Assembly: GCA_964535675.1 (NCBI GenBank)
Contig: CAZHTD010000009.1
Coordinates: 469 to 64,468, forward strand
Origin: an uncultured Bifidobacteriaceae bacterium
Lineage (GTDB): Bacteria > Acidobacteriota > Vicinamibacteria > Vicinamibacterales > UBA2999
Length of the DNA: 64,000 nt
Reading direction: 5' to 3'
Made by a program: the position numbers and the translations under genes. Every line of letters starts with the position of its first letter. Position 1 is the first letter of the stretch. The notes beneath the pieces were generated by a model. That model was not told the origin of the DNA, did no database searches, and saw nothing but the letters and a program-made list of their open reading frames with translations. Shown in pieces: positions 1 to 10,541 of the stretch.

Positions 1-1012
1 CCCGAAACAGCTCGACCGCTTTCGAGACCGCCTGTCGCCGGCCGGGGCGAAGGACGACCGGCGGGACGCTCGCGTGCTGGCCTCGGCGCTGCGTACCGAC
101 CCGCATTGTCTCCGGCGGCTGGAGGCGACCGACCCGGCGATCATCGAGTTGCGGGAGTGGTCGCGCCTGAACGAGGACCTGACGCGAGAACGCGTTCGTC
201 TGGCCAACCGCATGCGGCAGCAGCTCTGGCGCTACTACCCACAGTTCCTCGACGCGGTGGACGACGACGTCGCGGCGCCGTGGGCACTCGACCTGTGGCG
301 GAGCCTGCCGACGCCGCGCGCAGGCCAACGCGTGCGCGCGGCGTCGCTCACCAGAGTGTTGAAGCAGCACCGCATTCGCCGCGTCGATGCCGCGACATTG
401 CGCGCCAAGCTGCATACTCCGGCCGTCACGCTGGCGCCAGGGGCGGCCGAAGCTGCCACAACCCATGTGCGGCTCGTCGCCGAACGCCTCGCCCTGGTCA
501 ACCGCCAGCTCGATCACGCGCGGCGCGAACTCGACCGGTTGGTGCATCAGCTCGCCGAAGCTGCTCCGGCCCCCAACGCGTCCGCGGAGGACGACCCCTC
601 GTCGAAAGCGCTGCCGGATGCGGCCATCCTGCTGTCGCTGCCCGGCATCGGCACCAAGGTGCTCGCCACGCTGCTTACCGAAGGCAGCGACGCGGTGGGG
701 CGGCGAGACTACAACGCGTTGCGCTGTTTGTGCGGGGTGGCTCCAGTCACCCGGCGTTCGGGCAAGAGCATGATCGTGACCCGGCGACAGGCGGCCCATG
801 ACCGGCTGCGCGATGCCGCCTTCCACTGGGCCCGCGTCGCTGCCCAACGCGATCCGGTCAGCCATGACAAGTACCGGTCGTTGCGCGCCCGCGGCCACGG
901 ACATGCCCGCGCCCTGCGCTCGGTGGCTGACCGACTGCTGAACGTCGCCTGCGCGATGCTGCGCGCCGGTGTCTGCTTCGACCTGCACCGCGCCGGGATT
1001 GGCGCAGCCTGA
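1..1012 (+). mobile_element. IS110-family transposase gene, 5-prime end cut by window edge
   Basis: Frame is open from nt 2 (PKQLDRFRDRLSPAGAKDDRRDARVLASAL...). The C-terminal LLSLPGIGTKVLATLLTE motif is typical of IS110/IS116/IS902 transposases. Stop at 1010-1012. Confidence 0.85.
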
Positions 1013-1333
1013 GTGGTCGTCGACATGTAGCTTGTGGCGTCTGGACCAGGCGCTGCGCATGCTGTTCGTGGAATGAGGGCCAGCTTCCGGCTGGCCCGCA
1101 AGAACTTCCCGCACGGTCTAGCCCCGGCGGTCACCCGGAGGGCCGTAGCAGGCACAGGAGCTGCGAAGCGGCTTGACGACCGCGGCTGACCGTACGCGAG
1201 GGAGACGCGTTCCGAGCACAGCGAGGGCATTCAGTACTTCCGAACCAACCTACACCTGTGTCAGGAGGACAGGCGATGGAGGCGCCACCGAAACGAACTC
1301 AAGAATCCGCTTGCAAAAACGGTGGGGAGTCCT

Positions 1334-1921
1334 TTAAGTGCCCTCCGCCCCTTTTCCCGGCACCGGCTCATTCACGAGCCGCCCGATACGGACGATGTAG
1401 TCGAGGCCCGATGCCAGCGTGAGCGCCAACGTTCCCCACACTGCCGCGTCGATGAGCGGAGAGTCCTGCTCCCGCCAATTGAAGAACAGGAACACCACAA
1501 CAGTCACGATGTAGGTACCGGTCGCGACCTTGCCGAGCAGCGACGGCGGGAACGTCCGCGGCCCGAGTGCCAAGGTGACGATGGCCGCCACACCGACGAT
1601 GATGACGTCGCGGGTGATGACCAGCACCGTCAGCCACAGTGGGATGTGGTGCATCACGTCGACCGCCGAGATGGTGAGGACCACGAAAGTCGTCACCAAG
1701 AGGAGCTTGTCAGCCATCGGGTCAAGCCACGCCCCGAGGCTCGTACGCGAGCTCGTGCGCCGTGCGATCAGCCCATCCAGCCCGTCGGTGAGGCCGGCGG
1801 TGGCAAAAACCGCCAAGGCCCAGCCCGGCTCGCCGTAGACCAGGAGCAGCACGAAGACCGGGATCAACAGGATCCGGACGATCGTGAGCTGATTGGCGAG
1901 CGTGAGAATGTGGGCGGCCAT
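1334..1921 (-). CDS. pgsA: CDP-diacylglycerol--glycerol-3-phosphate 3-phosphatidyltransferase (CDP-alcohol phosphatidyltransferase family)
   Basis: 195 aa multi-TM protein with the DG(x2)AR(x8)G(x3)D(x3)D motif (TDGLDGLIARRTSSRTSLGAWLDPMADKLL). Confidence 0.9.
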   Translation of the reverse strand: MAAHILTLANQLTIVRILLIPVFVLLLVYGEPGWALAVFATAGLTDGLDGLIARRTSSRTSLGAWLDPMADKLLLVTTFVVLTISAVDVMHHIPLWLTVLVITRDVIIVGVAAIVTLALGPRTFPPSLLGKVATGTYIVTVVVFLFFNWREQDSPLIDAAVWGTLALTLASGLDYIVRIGRLVNEPVPGKGAEGT

Positions 1922-1931
1922 TTGGCGTCAG

Positions 1932-3308
1932 TCAGCGGAGGCCAGACAGCACCTGCAGCCGCTCGATGACCGCGATCGCCTCGGCGCCGGTCACCAGGCT
2001 GTTGATGCCGAACCGCCCCTCGGCGAGCGGCATTACCCCGGCGGCCACGGCCGTGGCGACATCCTGATAGCTGAGGTGCCCGGGCGATACGTCGGCAATC
2101 GCCGGGCGGGCGGTGAGGCTGTCGAGCAGCACCTGGGAACGATCGGCGAGCAGCGCCACCACACGCCGCACGGCCGACGCCAAATCCACGCGCCGTAGTA
2201 TTGCCTCCGGCTGATAGGTGTGGTTCGGGAACTCTTCGATCACGCCGGCGCGAATGACGGCCGCCACCCACTCGGCCGCCCAGTGCGTCCGGATGTCGGT
2301 GACGACCACCTGCACGGGGTCGGCCGTGAGGAGCACCGGCGCGAGCCGCACGCCGATGAGCGCAGCCAGATCGCCCCGCGTGGCCGCAGCCGCCGAAGAG
2401 ATGGCATGGAACTCGACCGGCAGCATTGCATCGCGCAAGCGCCGGATGGCGATCTCGATGCGCGCAGCCAACTCGGCGCCGCCCGCCCCGACGGCCGCTG
2501 CCCGCTCGTAGGCAGCGATGGCTGCTTCGTACTCGCCACGGGCCTCCAACACGGCCCCCAGCTCGACGATCGTCTCGGCGTCTGAGCCGTCCAGATCCAC
2601 GGCGCGCTCGAGCCCGGCCAGCGCCGCGTCGAGGTCGCCTCGCTGCCACTCCACCTCGGCCAGCTCGCGGTGCAGGAACGCTGTTTCAGGCGAGTACTCA
2701 ATGGCGCGCAAATAGGCCTCCCGCGCCTCGTTCAGTCGGCCAGCGGTTTGGGCTCGGCGACCCTGATCGATGACCTCCTGGAGCACTCGGAAGCGGAGCA
2801 GGTCGACGCGCTGTTCAAGCACCGTCAGCGCCGGATCGGCGACCAGCGCCGCCACGAACGCCTCCAGGGCATCGGCGTTCCGGTCCAAGCCGAGCGCGGC
2901 GAGCCCGCGCCCCACCAGTGCCGGCGCGTACCCCGGTGCCGCCGCCAGCGCGACGTCGAACGCACCCGCGGCGCCCTGGTAGTCGGAGCCGGCCAACGCC
3001 ACGAACCCCTGGCCGGTTCGTCCCGGATAGAAGCCGTCGCTCCCGGCCGCCGCGAACTCGGTGTTGGCATTCGCCAGGTCCCCGGCCTGCAAGTACCGCC
3101 AGCCCCGGTCCACAGCCCCGGCCGCCGTCTCGGTGAACACTTCGGCTGGCACCGCCGGGTAGACGAACTCCGCATACGCCAGCGTGGCGGGCAGCGGCGG
3201 TGCCACACGCGACGCGCATCCAGTCGCCAGCACCAATACTGCGATCACCCACAGCGGACACGCCACGGCCCCGCGCCGCATGGTTGCTCCTGCCTCGTCT
3301 GGTCTCAC
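1932..3308 (-). CDS. TPR-repeat lipoprotein with C-terminal SLH-like domains
   Basis: Lipobox (VLVLATGCAS), Ala/Leu-rich TPR-like repeats, and C-terminal HWAAEWVAAVIRAGVI / YQDVATAVAAGVMPLAEGRFG SLH-like segments. The GTG start at 3308 overlaps the hflX stop (GTGA). An alternative ATG lies at 3281. Confidence 0.6.
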   Translation of the reverse strand: MRPDEAGATMRRGAVACPLWVIAVLVLATGCASRVAPPLPATLAYAEFVYPAVPAEVFTETAAGAVDRGWRYLQAGDLANANTEFAAAGSDGFYPGRTGQGFVALAGSDYQGAAGAFDVALAAAPGYAPALVGRGLAALGLDRNADALEAFVAALVADPALTVLEQRVDLLRFRVLQEVIDQGRRAQTAGRLNEAREAYLRAIEYSPETAFLHRELAEVEWQRGDLDAALAGLERAVDLDGSDAETIVELGAVLEARGEYEAAIAAYERAAAVGAGGAELAARIEIAIRRLRDAMLPVEFHAISSAAAATRGDLAALIGVRLAPVLLTADPVQVVVTDIRTHWAAEWVAAVIRAGVIEEFPNHTYQPEAILRRVDLASAVRRVVALLADRSQVLLDSLTARPAIADVSPGHLSYQDVATAVAAGVMPLAEGRFGINSLVTGAEAIAVIERLQVLSGLR

Positions 3309-4633
3309 TCTAGCCGCCCCCCTTCAGCCCGCGGCGCCATCATGCCGGCGGTCACCGGCGGTCCGTCTCCCCGCACCCGATCGACGAGTCGCCTTGGCAC
3401 GTCGGCCTCGATGCGCACACGCTCGTTGTTGGTCACGTGGCTCACCACACGTCCCACTCGGTACACGCACTCGATACGCCGCCGGTCTGCCGGGTCCGCA
3501 TCGTCCAGCACCAGCGAAATCCTCCGCGTGTCGAGTTCCAGGCTCAACACGATGGCCTCAAGCAGACGGCCCAAGCCAATCCCGTCGCACGCCGAGATCG
3601 CCACCGCCCCTGGCGATGCCTCCTCGAGCCGGCGCACTTCGTCGGACGTGAGGGCGTCAACCTTGTTGTACACGTCGATTACAGGCACGTCCGACCCACC
3701 GACCTCCTCAAGCACCCGGCGCACCGCCTCCTCGCGGCGAACCCGGTCAGGCGCCGCGGCATCGATGACATGTAGCGCCAAGTCCGCGTCGGCCACCTCC
3801 TCGAGCGTCGCACGGAAGGCGGCCACCAAGGCATGCGGGATCCGGTCGATGAACCCGACCGTGTCCGACAGCAGCAGCTCCCGCTGATCACCGAGCCGCA
3901 CTCTCCGCACCAGCGGGTCAACCGTCATGAACAGGGCTTCGGACGTCACGGCGTCCCCGGCCGTGAGCCGGTTGAAGAGCGTCGTTTTGCCCGCGTTGGT
4001 ATAGCCGACGAGCGCCAAGGTTGGCACGGCCCGCTTGTGTCGGCGCTCGCGCGACCGAGCTCGCCGCCGGCGCACGTGCTCAATTTCCCGGTCGAGCGCC
4101 TGGATTCGCGCGCGAACTCGGCGACGGTCCGTCTCGAGCTTCGTCTCGCCCGGGCCCCGCGTGCCGATGCCGCCGCCGAGCCGTGACAGCGCTGTGCCAC
4201 TGCCTGCCAGCCGCGGCAGCAGGTACTGCAGCTGCGCCAGTTCCACCTGCAGCCGACCCTCTCGGGTGCGCGCACGGCGTGCGAAGATGTCCAAAATCAG
4301 CTGTGTCCGATCGAGCACCTTGCAGTCGAGGCGATCGCCGAGGTTACGCAACTGCGCGGGACTGAGTTCGTTGTCGACTACGGCGACATCGGCATCGAGT
4401 TCACCGCAGAGCGCCGCCAAGTGCTCCACCTTGCCGCTGCCTATGAAGGTCGCCGGGTCGGGCCGCCGGCGCTCCTGGTGCGAACGTCCGATGTCCACCC
4501 CGCCGGCCGCCATCACGAGGCCGGCCAACTCCTCCAGCGACCGCTCGGCTGCGTCACGACGCTCACCGGCTGTCACCAAGCCGACTAGCACAGCGCGCTC
4601 ACGGGCAAGGGGTGACGGCTGACGTTCACGCAT
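3305..4633 (-). CDS. hflX: GTPase HflX
   Basis: GGGIGTRGPGETKLETDRR, a P-loop VALVGYTNAGKTTLFNRLT, DTVGFI, and the LQVELAQLQYLLPRL motif. Confidence 0.93.
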   Translation of the reverse strand: MRERQPSPLARERAVLVGLVTAGERRDAAERSLEELAGLVMAAGGVDIGRSHQERRRPDPATFIGSGKVEHLAALCGELDADVAVVDNELSPAQLRNLGDRLDCKVLDRTQLILDIFARRARTREGRLQVELAQLQYLLPRLAGSGTALSRLGGGIGTRGPGETKLETDRRRVRARIQALDREIEHVRRRRARSRERRHKRAVPTLALVGYTNAGKTTLFNRLTAGDAVTSEALFMTVDPLVRRVRLGDQRELLLSDTVGFIDRIPHALVAAFRATLEEVADADLALHVIDAAAPDRVRREEAVRRVLEEVGGSDVPVIDVYNKVDALTSDEVRRLEEASPGAVAISACDGIGLGRLLEAIVLSLELDTRRISLVLDDADPADRRRIECVYRVGRVVSHVTNNERVRIEADVPRRLVDRVRGDGPPVTAGMMAPRAEGGRLE

Positions 4634-4900
4634 CCGAGAACATGCTCAATTCTAGCGTACGGCATATAATCCGCCGGTCGAGCCCACGCCATGCCCAAAC
4701 GCCGTCTCACGCGGAAGACCCAAGCCCGTCCCCGCGCCCCGATCCCACGCCAGACCGGCGGCGCGCACGAAGACAAGACGCGACGCCCCTACCGCCGACG
4801 CAAACACAAAGGAAAGGAGGAGGACGACACGAGCGAGAGGTGTATACGGCCAAGAAGCACCGCGCCAAGGCACACCAGACGTTTCGCAGACGCTACGCTG

Positions 4901-4920
4901 GCGCAGGGCACGCCCTGCGC
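4901..4920 (-). terminator. GC-rich hairpin downstream of glpX (no U-tract)
   Basis: GCGCAGGG-CACG-CCCTGCGC forms an 8-bp stem about 30 nt after the glpX stop. Confidence 0.3.
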
Positions 4921-4950
4921 TCCGGGGAGGACTATCGCAAGGACGTCCGC

Positions 4951-5931
4951 TCAGAAGTGAATGCGGACGTCCTTGTGCGGACGCACGTGAATGCTGTCGA
5001 CGAACCGGATCCGGTTGGGTCTGGTCTGCATAATGACCGAGGCGGTCCGCGTGCCGTGGGCGAAGTACCGCACGCCGCGCATTAGAGTGCCGTCAGTAAC
5101 ACCCGTTGCCGCGAACACAATGCGGTTCCCCGAGGCTAGCTCGCTCGCCTTGTAGATCCGCTTCGGGTCGCTGATCCCCATCTCCTTGACCCGTGCCAGG
5201 TGCTCGGGCTTGTCCACAACGAGCCGGCCGAGGATTTCACCGTTCAGGCACCGCATGGCGGCCGCGGTGAGCACCCCCTCGGGGGCGCCCCCGATACCAA
5301 TAACAGCGTGCACGCCGCTGCCCTGGACCGCCGCCGCGATGCCCGCCGACAGATCGCCGTCGCCGATGAGGCGGATGCGCGCGCCAGCCGCCCGGATGTC
5401 GGCGATCAGCCCCTCGTGCCGCGGGCGGTCGAGGACGACGATGACCAGCTCGTCCACCGAGCGGCCGAGCGAATTGGCGATCGCCCCGAGATTGTCGGCC
5501 ACCGGCGCGTCGAGGTGGACCACGTCGCGTGCACTCGGGCCCACCACCAGCTTCTCCATGTAGAGGTCCGGGGCGTGCAGCAGGCCCCCACGCTCCGATG
5601 CCGCCAGCACCGCGATCGCATTGGGCGCACCAGTTGCGCACAGGTTGGTCCCTTCAAGGGGATCGACGGCGATATCGACCTGCGGATACCAACCGCGCGA
5701 ATTCTGCGCCATGCCCACCTGCTCGCCGATAAAGAGCATCGGAGCCTCATCCCGCTCGCCTTCCCCGATGACGATCGTGCCGTCGATCGGCACCGTGTCG
5801 AGTTCTGTCCGCATGGCCTCGACAGCCGCCTGATCGGACTTGCGGCTGTCGCCCTCACCCATGGTGTGCGCGCACGCCAGCGCCGCCTGCTCCACAACGC
5901 GCAGGAAATCAAGTGAAAGATTGGATTCCAT
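4951..5931 (-). CDS. glpX: class II fructose-1,6-bisphosphatase
   Basis: N-terminus [35 protein letters not shown] and [21 protein letters not shown] match the GlpX family over the full 326 aa. Confidence 0.92.
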   Translation of the reverse strand: MESNLSLDFLRVVEQAALACAHTMGEGDSRKSDQAAVEAMRTELDTVPIDGTIVIGEGERDEAPMLFIGEQVGMAQNSRGWYPQVDIAVDPLEGTNLCATGAPNAIAVLAASERGGLLHAPDLYMEKLVVGPSARDVVHLDAPVADNLGAIANSLGRSVDELVIVVLDRPRHEGLIADIRAAGARIRLIGDGDLSAGIAAAVQGSGVHAVIGIGGAPEGVLTAAAMRCLNGEILGRLVVDKPEHLARVKEMGISDPKRIYKASELASGNRIVFAATGVTDGTLMRGVRYFAHGTRTASVIMQTRPNRIRFVDSIHVRPHKDVRIHF

Positions 5932-5978
5932 ATGAGCCGCAGCATGCTATCACGAGGGCCCGGCGCGGCCGGGCCGCG

Positions 5979-6797
5979 CTACACGCGACGGATGCAGACC
6001 GGTGCGCCGCACCGCAACCCTAGCTGAGCAGCGGCGCTGCCTCGCCCCACCGCGACCTCAAGCGTGTCGGCGCTGCCGAAGATCGCAACGGGTTGAGGGC
6101 CATCGGCGTCGGCGTAGGTCTCGACCACCCGCGCCACCGGATGACCTCCCACACTCAGCTCGATAGCACCTCTGCGGACCAGGCGCTCAAAGGCGCCCCG
6201 CCCAACGTTGGTCACCAGGTTCCCGAACCGGTCGACGCGGATGACCTCACCGTCCACCCCGCCGTCGACCTCCACGGCGTCTGGCACAGCAAGCCGCTCC
6301 CACGACGCGAGAGGCCGGCCCAAGGCCGCCAGCGCGATCCCTCGCGCAAGCCAGCCGGCGGCCGGGGCGAACCGGTCACGCCCCTCGAACGTGCGGCTCA
6401 CGGTAGGCCGGGCGTACTTGAATTCGGTCAGCTCGATGACACGCACGTCGTCGAACACATCGAGCGCTGGTGCGATCACGCCGTTGTCGGGAGCGACAAA
6501 CGTATAGCCGCCACCAGCCGCAGCGATCCCACGCCGTGCCGAGCCGACCCCCGGGTCGACCACCACCAAGAAGGTGGTACCGGACGGGAAGTATCGGCAG
6601 CACGCTGCTAACTCAAGAGCGCCCCCAAGCACATCGTGAGGCGCGATGTCGTGGGTAATGTCGACCAGCGAGGTCTCGGGGCAGACGTCGAGGACCACGC
6701 CCTTCATCGTACCGGCGTAGTGATCCACAGTGCCGAAATCGGTCAGGAGGGCGACAACCGGGCGCGTCATCCACCTCAGTCCATCAGCGGTCGACAA
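5979..6797 (-). CDS. SAM hydroxide adenosyltransferase family protein (DUF62, chlorinase/fluorinase-like)
   Basis: VALLTDFGTVDHYAGTMKGVVL near the N-terminus and a family-typical length. An alternative start lies at 6770. Confidence 0.8.
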   Translation of the reverse strand: MSTADGLRWMTRPVVALLTDFGTVDHYAGTMKGVVLDVCPETSLVDITHDIAPHDVLGGALELAACCRYFPSGTTFLVVVDPGVGSARRGIAAAGGGYTFVAPDNGVIAPALDVFDDVRVIELTEFKYARPTVSRTFEGRDRFAPAAGWLARGIALAALGRPLASWERLAVPDAVEVDGGVDGEVIRVDRFGNLVTNVGRGAFERLVRRGAIELSVGGHPVARVVETYADADGPQPVAIFGSADTLEVAVGRGSAAAQLGLRCGAPVCIRRV

Positions 6798-7467
6798 CCG
6801 ACAGTGCCGATCCGGCGCCGATCCGCTCGTCGAGCTTCTTGAACAGAACCTCGCGGATCTGCGACTTCAAGAGAAACTGCTCGGCCACGCGCAGGGGTGT
6901 GAACATGCTTTCCACCTCGCGGCTCAGAACGGGTCGGCGTTTCCCGCACGCCGCCTCGTAGGGCCGACGCTCAAGAGTCCCCTGGTCGATCACCAAGTGC
7001 TTGGTATAGCGGAACGCGTCGGGGGCCGGCTCGGTAGTGTTGAAGAAGGCCAGCAGCACGCCACAGGGCCGCAGCATCCGCGTCAACCGTTCGGCCAGCG
7101 TGACGGCAGCATCAGAGCTCAGGTAGTCAAAAACGTCCCAGCAGAGAATCCCGTCGACACTGTCGTCCTCGTGCGGGAAGCGCTGCTCGAAGAACCGGGG
7201 CAGATCGGCCACGCGATCCTCGCGGACGTGCCGATCAATGTCGGTGAACAGATCCTCAATGACAGTGCGGCATCCCAGACGCTCGCCGAAGAAGGTGACG
7301 TTCGAGCCAACGGCCGGGCCCAGATCGACCAGCACCGGCTGCTCGAGTGCGCCGAGGGTCGCCAGAAACCGTGACAGGGCCTTCGTGCCGGCATGCTGCG
7401 GACCGGGCGTGTCGTGCGCCGCGTCTCTGTCGGCGCGCCCTCGAAAGAATAGATCGGAAATTGCCAC
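6784..7467 (-). CDS. class I SAM-dependent methyltransferase
   Basis: Motif I-like VLVDLGPAVGSN, 227 aa, and a 14-nt overlap with the downstream DUF62 gene. Confidence 0.65.
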   Translation of the reverse strand: MAISDLFFRGRADRDAAHDTPGPQHAGTKALSRFLATLGALEQPVLVDLGPAVGSNVTFFGERLGCRTVIEDLFTDIDRHVREDRVADLPRFFEQRFPHEDDSVDGILCWDVFDYLSSDAAVTLAERLTRMLRPCGVLLAFFNTTEPAPDAFRYTKHLVIDQGTLERRPYEAACGKRRPVLSREVESMFTPLRVAEQFLLKSQIREVLFKKLDERIGAGSALSVVDR

Positions 7468-7553
7468 CTGCCCCTAAACCTAGCGCCCTCCAGCGGCCCG
7501 CCCAACCTCCGAACGACGCCGACATCGCGGCCATCAGGGCACCGATGGCCGTG

Positions 7554-8060
7554 CTAGCGCACGGCCGCCGCGGGCTGCGCCGGATTCTGCGGCCTGCTCG
7601 CCGTGTCCTTCCGTTGTATGTCCTTCTTCTGCATGTCGACACTGCCGCGGAAGTGGGCACCATCGGCGATCGCGACGCGGGGCGACACCAAGTCGCCGTC
7701 CACCGCTCCGCCGTCGCGGATGTCGACTCTCTCGATCGCCGCCACGTTCCCGTTGACCTCTCCGAGCACGATCACCACCTTGGCGAACACCTCGGCCTTG
7801 ATGTGCGCGGTGGCCCCAATCGTGAGGGTGTTGTCGCGCAGTTCGATCTTGCCGTCGACGGTGCCCTCAATGGTCAGATCCTCGCTGGCGCTCAACTCGC
7901 CCTTGATGACCACCGACCGTCCGAGGTCCATGACGTCTCGCGACTCGCCACGGCGACGCCCCTCCGGCTGTGCCGGCGACGCCGACGCCTGTGGGGGCGG
8001 CGTCCCCGTCGATACGCTCCTAGTGCTCGCCGGCTTCACCGCCTCATCACGCTTCCACAT
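7554..8060 (-). CDS. bactofilin (polymer-forming cytoskeletal protein)
   Basis: Beta-helical repeat core IKGELSASEDLTIEGTVDGKIEL...GEVNGNV...VDGDLVSPRVAIADGAHFRGSVDM with disordered Pro/Ala-rich termini. Confidence 0.85.
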   Translation of the reverse strand: MWKRDEAVKPASTRSVSTGTPPPQASASPAQPEGRRRGESRDVMDLGRSVVIKGELSASEDLTIEGTVDGKIELRDNTLTIGATAHIKAEVFAKVVIVLGEVNGNVAAIERVDIRDGGAVDGDLVSPRVAIADGAHFRGSVDMQKKDIQRKDTASRPQNPAQPAAAVR

Positions 8061-8217
8061 GCTCCCCCCGCCCCCAGCCGAGGGCTAAGGCGCCCCCGCG
8101 TGTGCTCGACGCCACGGTGCAACCGTAGCGTAATTTAGTAAGTATATCGATCATCGAAAAACGTTGTCTAGCCCTTCTATTACTGCTAGTTAGGGGGAAA
8201 ATGCTACGATCGCTTTC
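8061..8217. promoter_or_regulatory. AT-rich divergent promoter region between the bactofilin and desulfurase genes
   Basis: Sharp local GC drop (taatttagtaagtatatcgatcatcgaaaaacgttgtc) containing the 11-bp palindrome TCGAT-C-ATCGA at 8147-8157. Confidence 0.35.
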
Positions 8218-9387
8218 GTGACCCGGATCTACCTCGACCACAACGCCACGACACCGCCCTCCCCCGCGATTATCGAGGGGATGACCGCAACCCTGTATGA
8301 CGTTTGTGGAAACCCGTCGAGCATCCACCACTTCGGCCAGCGGGCCAAAGCCGCCCTCGACGACGCTCGACAGGCCGTCGCAGAGCTGATCGGGGCCGAG
8401 CCGACTGAGATCATTTTCGTCAGCGGGGGGACCGAAAGCGACAACCTAGCCATCCGCGGGGTCGCGGACACGGTCGAGGCCACCGGACGCAAGGGCCACC
8501 TCGTCGCCAGTAGCATCGAGCATGAGGCAGTGTTAGGCACGCTCCGTCAACTGGTCAGGCGCGGGTGGCAGACGACGCTGCTACCGGTGGGTGAATCGGG
8601 CATCGTGGAGCCGGATGCCCTCGCCGCCGCCATCACCGAGGACACGGCCCTCGTCTCGGTGATGCACGCCAACAACGAGATCGGTACCATACAGCAGGTG
8701 GCGGCACTGGCGGCGGTCGCCCACGAGCGCGGCGTGCTGTTCCATACCGACGCCGTGCAGTCGACCGGCAAAATACCTGTCGACGTCGGGGCGCTCGGTG
8801 TCGACCTCCTGTCGCTCTCGGCGCACAAGTTCTACGGACCGAAGGGCGCCGGCGTGCTGTGGGCTCGCCGCGGAGTCCGCCTGGCGCCGCAGTTCACCGG
8901 AGGACGCCACGAACGCGGCCGGCGCACGGGCACCGAGAACGTGTCGGGCATCGTCGGTCTCGGCTTAGCGGCCGCCGAGGCACGCATCAAGCTCAGCACG
9001 GAGGCCGAGCGGCTGAGCGCTCTGCGCGACCGCCTCGAGCAGGGCATCCTGGCGGCCGTGCCGGGCGTAGCGGTCAACGGCCGTCGTGACGCCCGGGTGC
9101 CGAACACCACGAATATCAGCTTCGATCGGATCGAGGCTGAGTCGCTGCTCATCGCCCTTGACCTCGAGGGCATCGCAGTCTCCACCGGTTCGGCCTGCTC
9201 GTCCGGTACGCTCGAGCCGTCACACGTGCTGCGGGCGATGGGCCTGCCGGCCCACCGGACCCAGAACTCGATACGCTTCAGTCTGGGCGCCGTCAACACG
9301 GAGGCTGAAATTGACCGTGTCATCGCTGTCCTGCCAGCGCTCGTGGAGAAACTCCGCAGTTTGACGCGCGCGCCGGTGCGCGCCTGA
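8218..9387 (+). CDS. cysteine desulfurase (NifS/IscS-like, class V aminotransferase)
   Basis: [20 protein letters not shown] (PLP lysine), and the active-site loop SSGSACSSG. GTG start. Confidence 0.92.
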   Translation: MTRIYLDHNATTPPSPAIIEGMTATLYDVCGNPSSIHHFGQRAKAALDDARQAVAELIGAEPTEIIFVSGGTESDNLAIRGVADTVEATGRKGHLVASSIEHEAVLGTLRQLVRRGWQTTLLPVGESGIVEPDALAAAITEDTALVSVMHANNEIGTIQQVAALAAVAHERGVLFHTDAVQSTGKIPVDVGALGVDLLSLSAHKFYGPKGAGVLWARRGVRLAPQFTGGRHERGRRTGTENVSGIVGLGLAAAEARIKLSTEAERLSALRDRLEQGILAAVPGVAVNGRRDARVPNTTNISFDRIEAESLLIALDLEGIAVSTGSACSSGTLEPSHVLRAMGLPAHRTQNSIRFSLGAVNTEAEIDRVIAVLPALVEKLRSLTRAPVRA

Positions 9388-9394
9388 ACTTCGC

Positions 9395-10450
9395 ATGCGC
9401 GTCGTCGCGGCGATGTCGGGCGGCGTCGACTCCTCAGTTGCCGCAGCGCTGCTGGCCGCGGACGGCCACGACGTGGTCGGCCTCTCAATGCAGCTCTACG
9501 ACCAGCGTACCGAGGCCGGCCGCACCTGTTGCACGCTCGACGACCTGCACGACGCCCGTCGCGTGGCGCGAACGCTCGGCATTCCCCACTACGTACTCAA
9601 CCTGGAGCAGCGGTTCCGAGAGACCGTCATCGACGACTTCGTAGGCGAGTACGCGGCGGGCCGCACGCCGCTGCCCTGCGTGCACTGCAACAGCGACCTA
9701 AAGTTCTCGACGCTGCTCGACCGCGCCGAAGGACTCGGGGCCACTACGGTCGCCACGGGCCACTACGCGCGGGTGAATCGCGGCGACGACGGCCGCTGGC
9801 GGCTCAGGCGAAGCGCCGATCCCGACAAGGACCAGACGTACTTCCTGTTCACGTTAACGCAGGCCCAGCTAGCCCGTGCCCGGTTCCCCGTCGGCGGCCT
9901 GACCAAGCCCGAGGTCCGCAGGCATGCCGAGACGCTGGACCTCGGCGTCGCCAGCAAGCCGGACAGTCAGGAAATCTGCTTCGTTCCCGACGGTGACTAC
10001 GCCGCATTCGTTGAGCGCCACGCAGCCCGCACGGCCCGCGTCGGCGAGGTGGTGGACGAGCGCGGACGCCGACTAGGCGGCCACAACGGCGTCCATCGTT
10101 TCACCGTCGGCCAACGGAAGGGCCTTGGCGTCCAGGCCAGCGTCCCGCTGTATGTGCTCGACATTGACGCAGCCGCCGCCCGGGTTACTGTGGGCCCCCG
10201 CGAGCGACTCGAGCGCCCGTCGCTGACAGCCTCCGGGATAAACTGGATCAGCGGCACCCCGCCGGATGGGTGGCTGCCCGTTGCGGCCCGTATCCGGCAC
10301 CGTCACCGGCCGGCCCCAGCTCGTGTGCGTGCCCTCGACGACTGCCGGGCCGAGGTTGTCTTCGATAACCCGCAGCGTGCGATCACGCCCGGCCAGGCGG
10401 TCGTCTTCTACGACGGTGACGTCGTGCTCGGCGGCGGCTGGATCGAGTGA
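9395..10450 (+). CDS. mnmA: tRNA 2-thiouridine(34) synthase
   Basis: PP-loop [14 protein letters not shown], catalytic Cys contexts ([14 protein letters not shown]), 351 aa. Confidence 0.93.
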   Translation: MRVVAAMSGGVDSSVAAALLAADGHDVVGLSMQLYDQRTEAGRTCCTLDDLHDARRVARTLGIPHYVLNLEQRFRETVIDDFVGEYAAGRTPLPCVHCNSDLKFSTLLDRAEGLGATTVATGHYARVNRGDDGRWRLRRSADPDKDQTYFLFTLTQAQLARARFPVGGLTKPEVRRHAETLDLGVASKPDSQEICFVPDGDYAAFVERHAARTARVGEVVDERGRRLGGHNGVHRFTVGQRKGLGVQASVPLYVLDIDAAAARVTVGPRERLERPSLTASGINWISGTPPDGWLPVAARIRHRHRPAPARVRALDDCRAEVVFDNPQRAITPGQAVVFYDGDVVLGGGWIE

Positions 10451-10541
10451 GCGCGTGCGGGCTCTGTTGTCTTCTCGCTTCGATCTCGTCAATCCTCTGT
10501 AGGATGTCCCCGTGCGGGCGGTGGCCCCGCGAGAAGGGGCC

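Noticed and set aside
4634-4950. Looked for hfq upstream of hflX.
   Set aside because: No frame gives the Sm1/Sm2 motifs, so there is no hfq here.
4691-4960. Highly basic 89-aa plus-strand ORF, and a VYTAKKHRAKAHQTFRRRY reading, in the hflX-glpX spacer.
   Set aside because: No family resemblance. It runs antisense into glpX, and the composition simply reflects the purine-rich tract.
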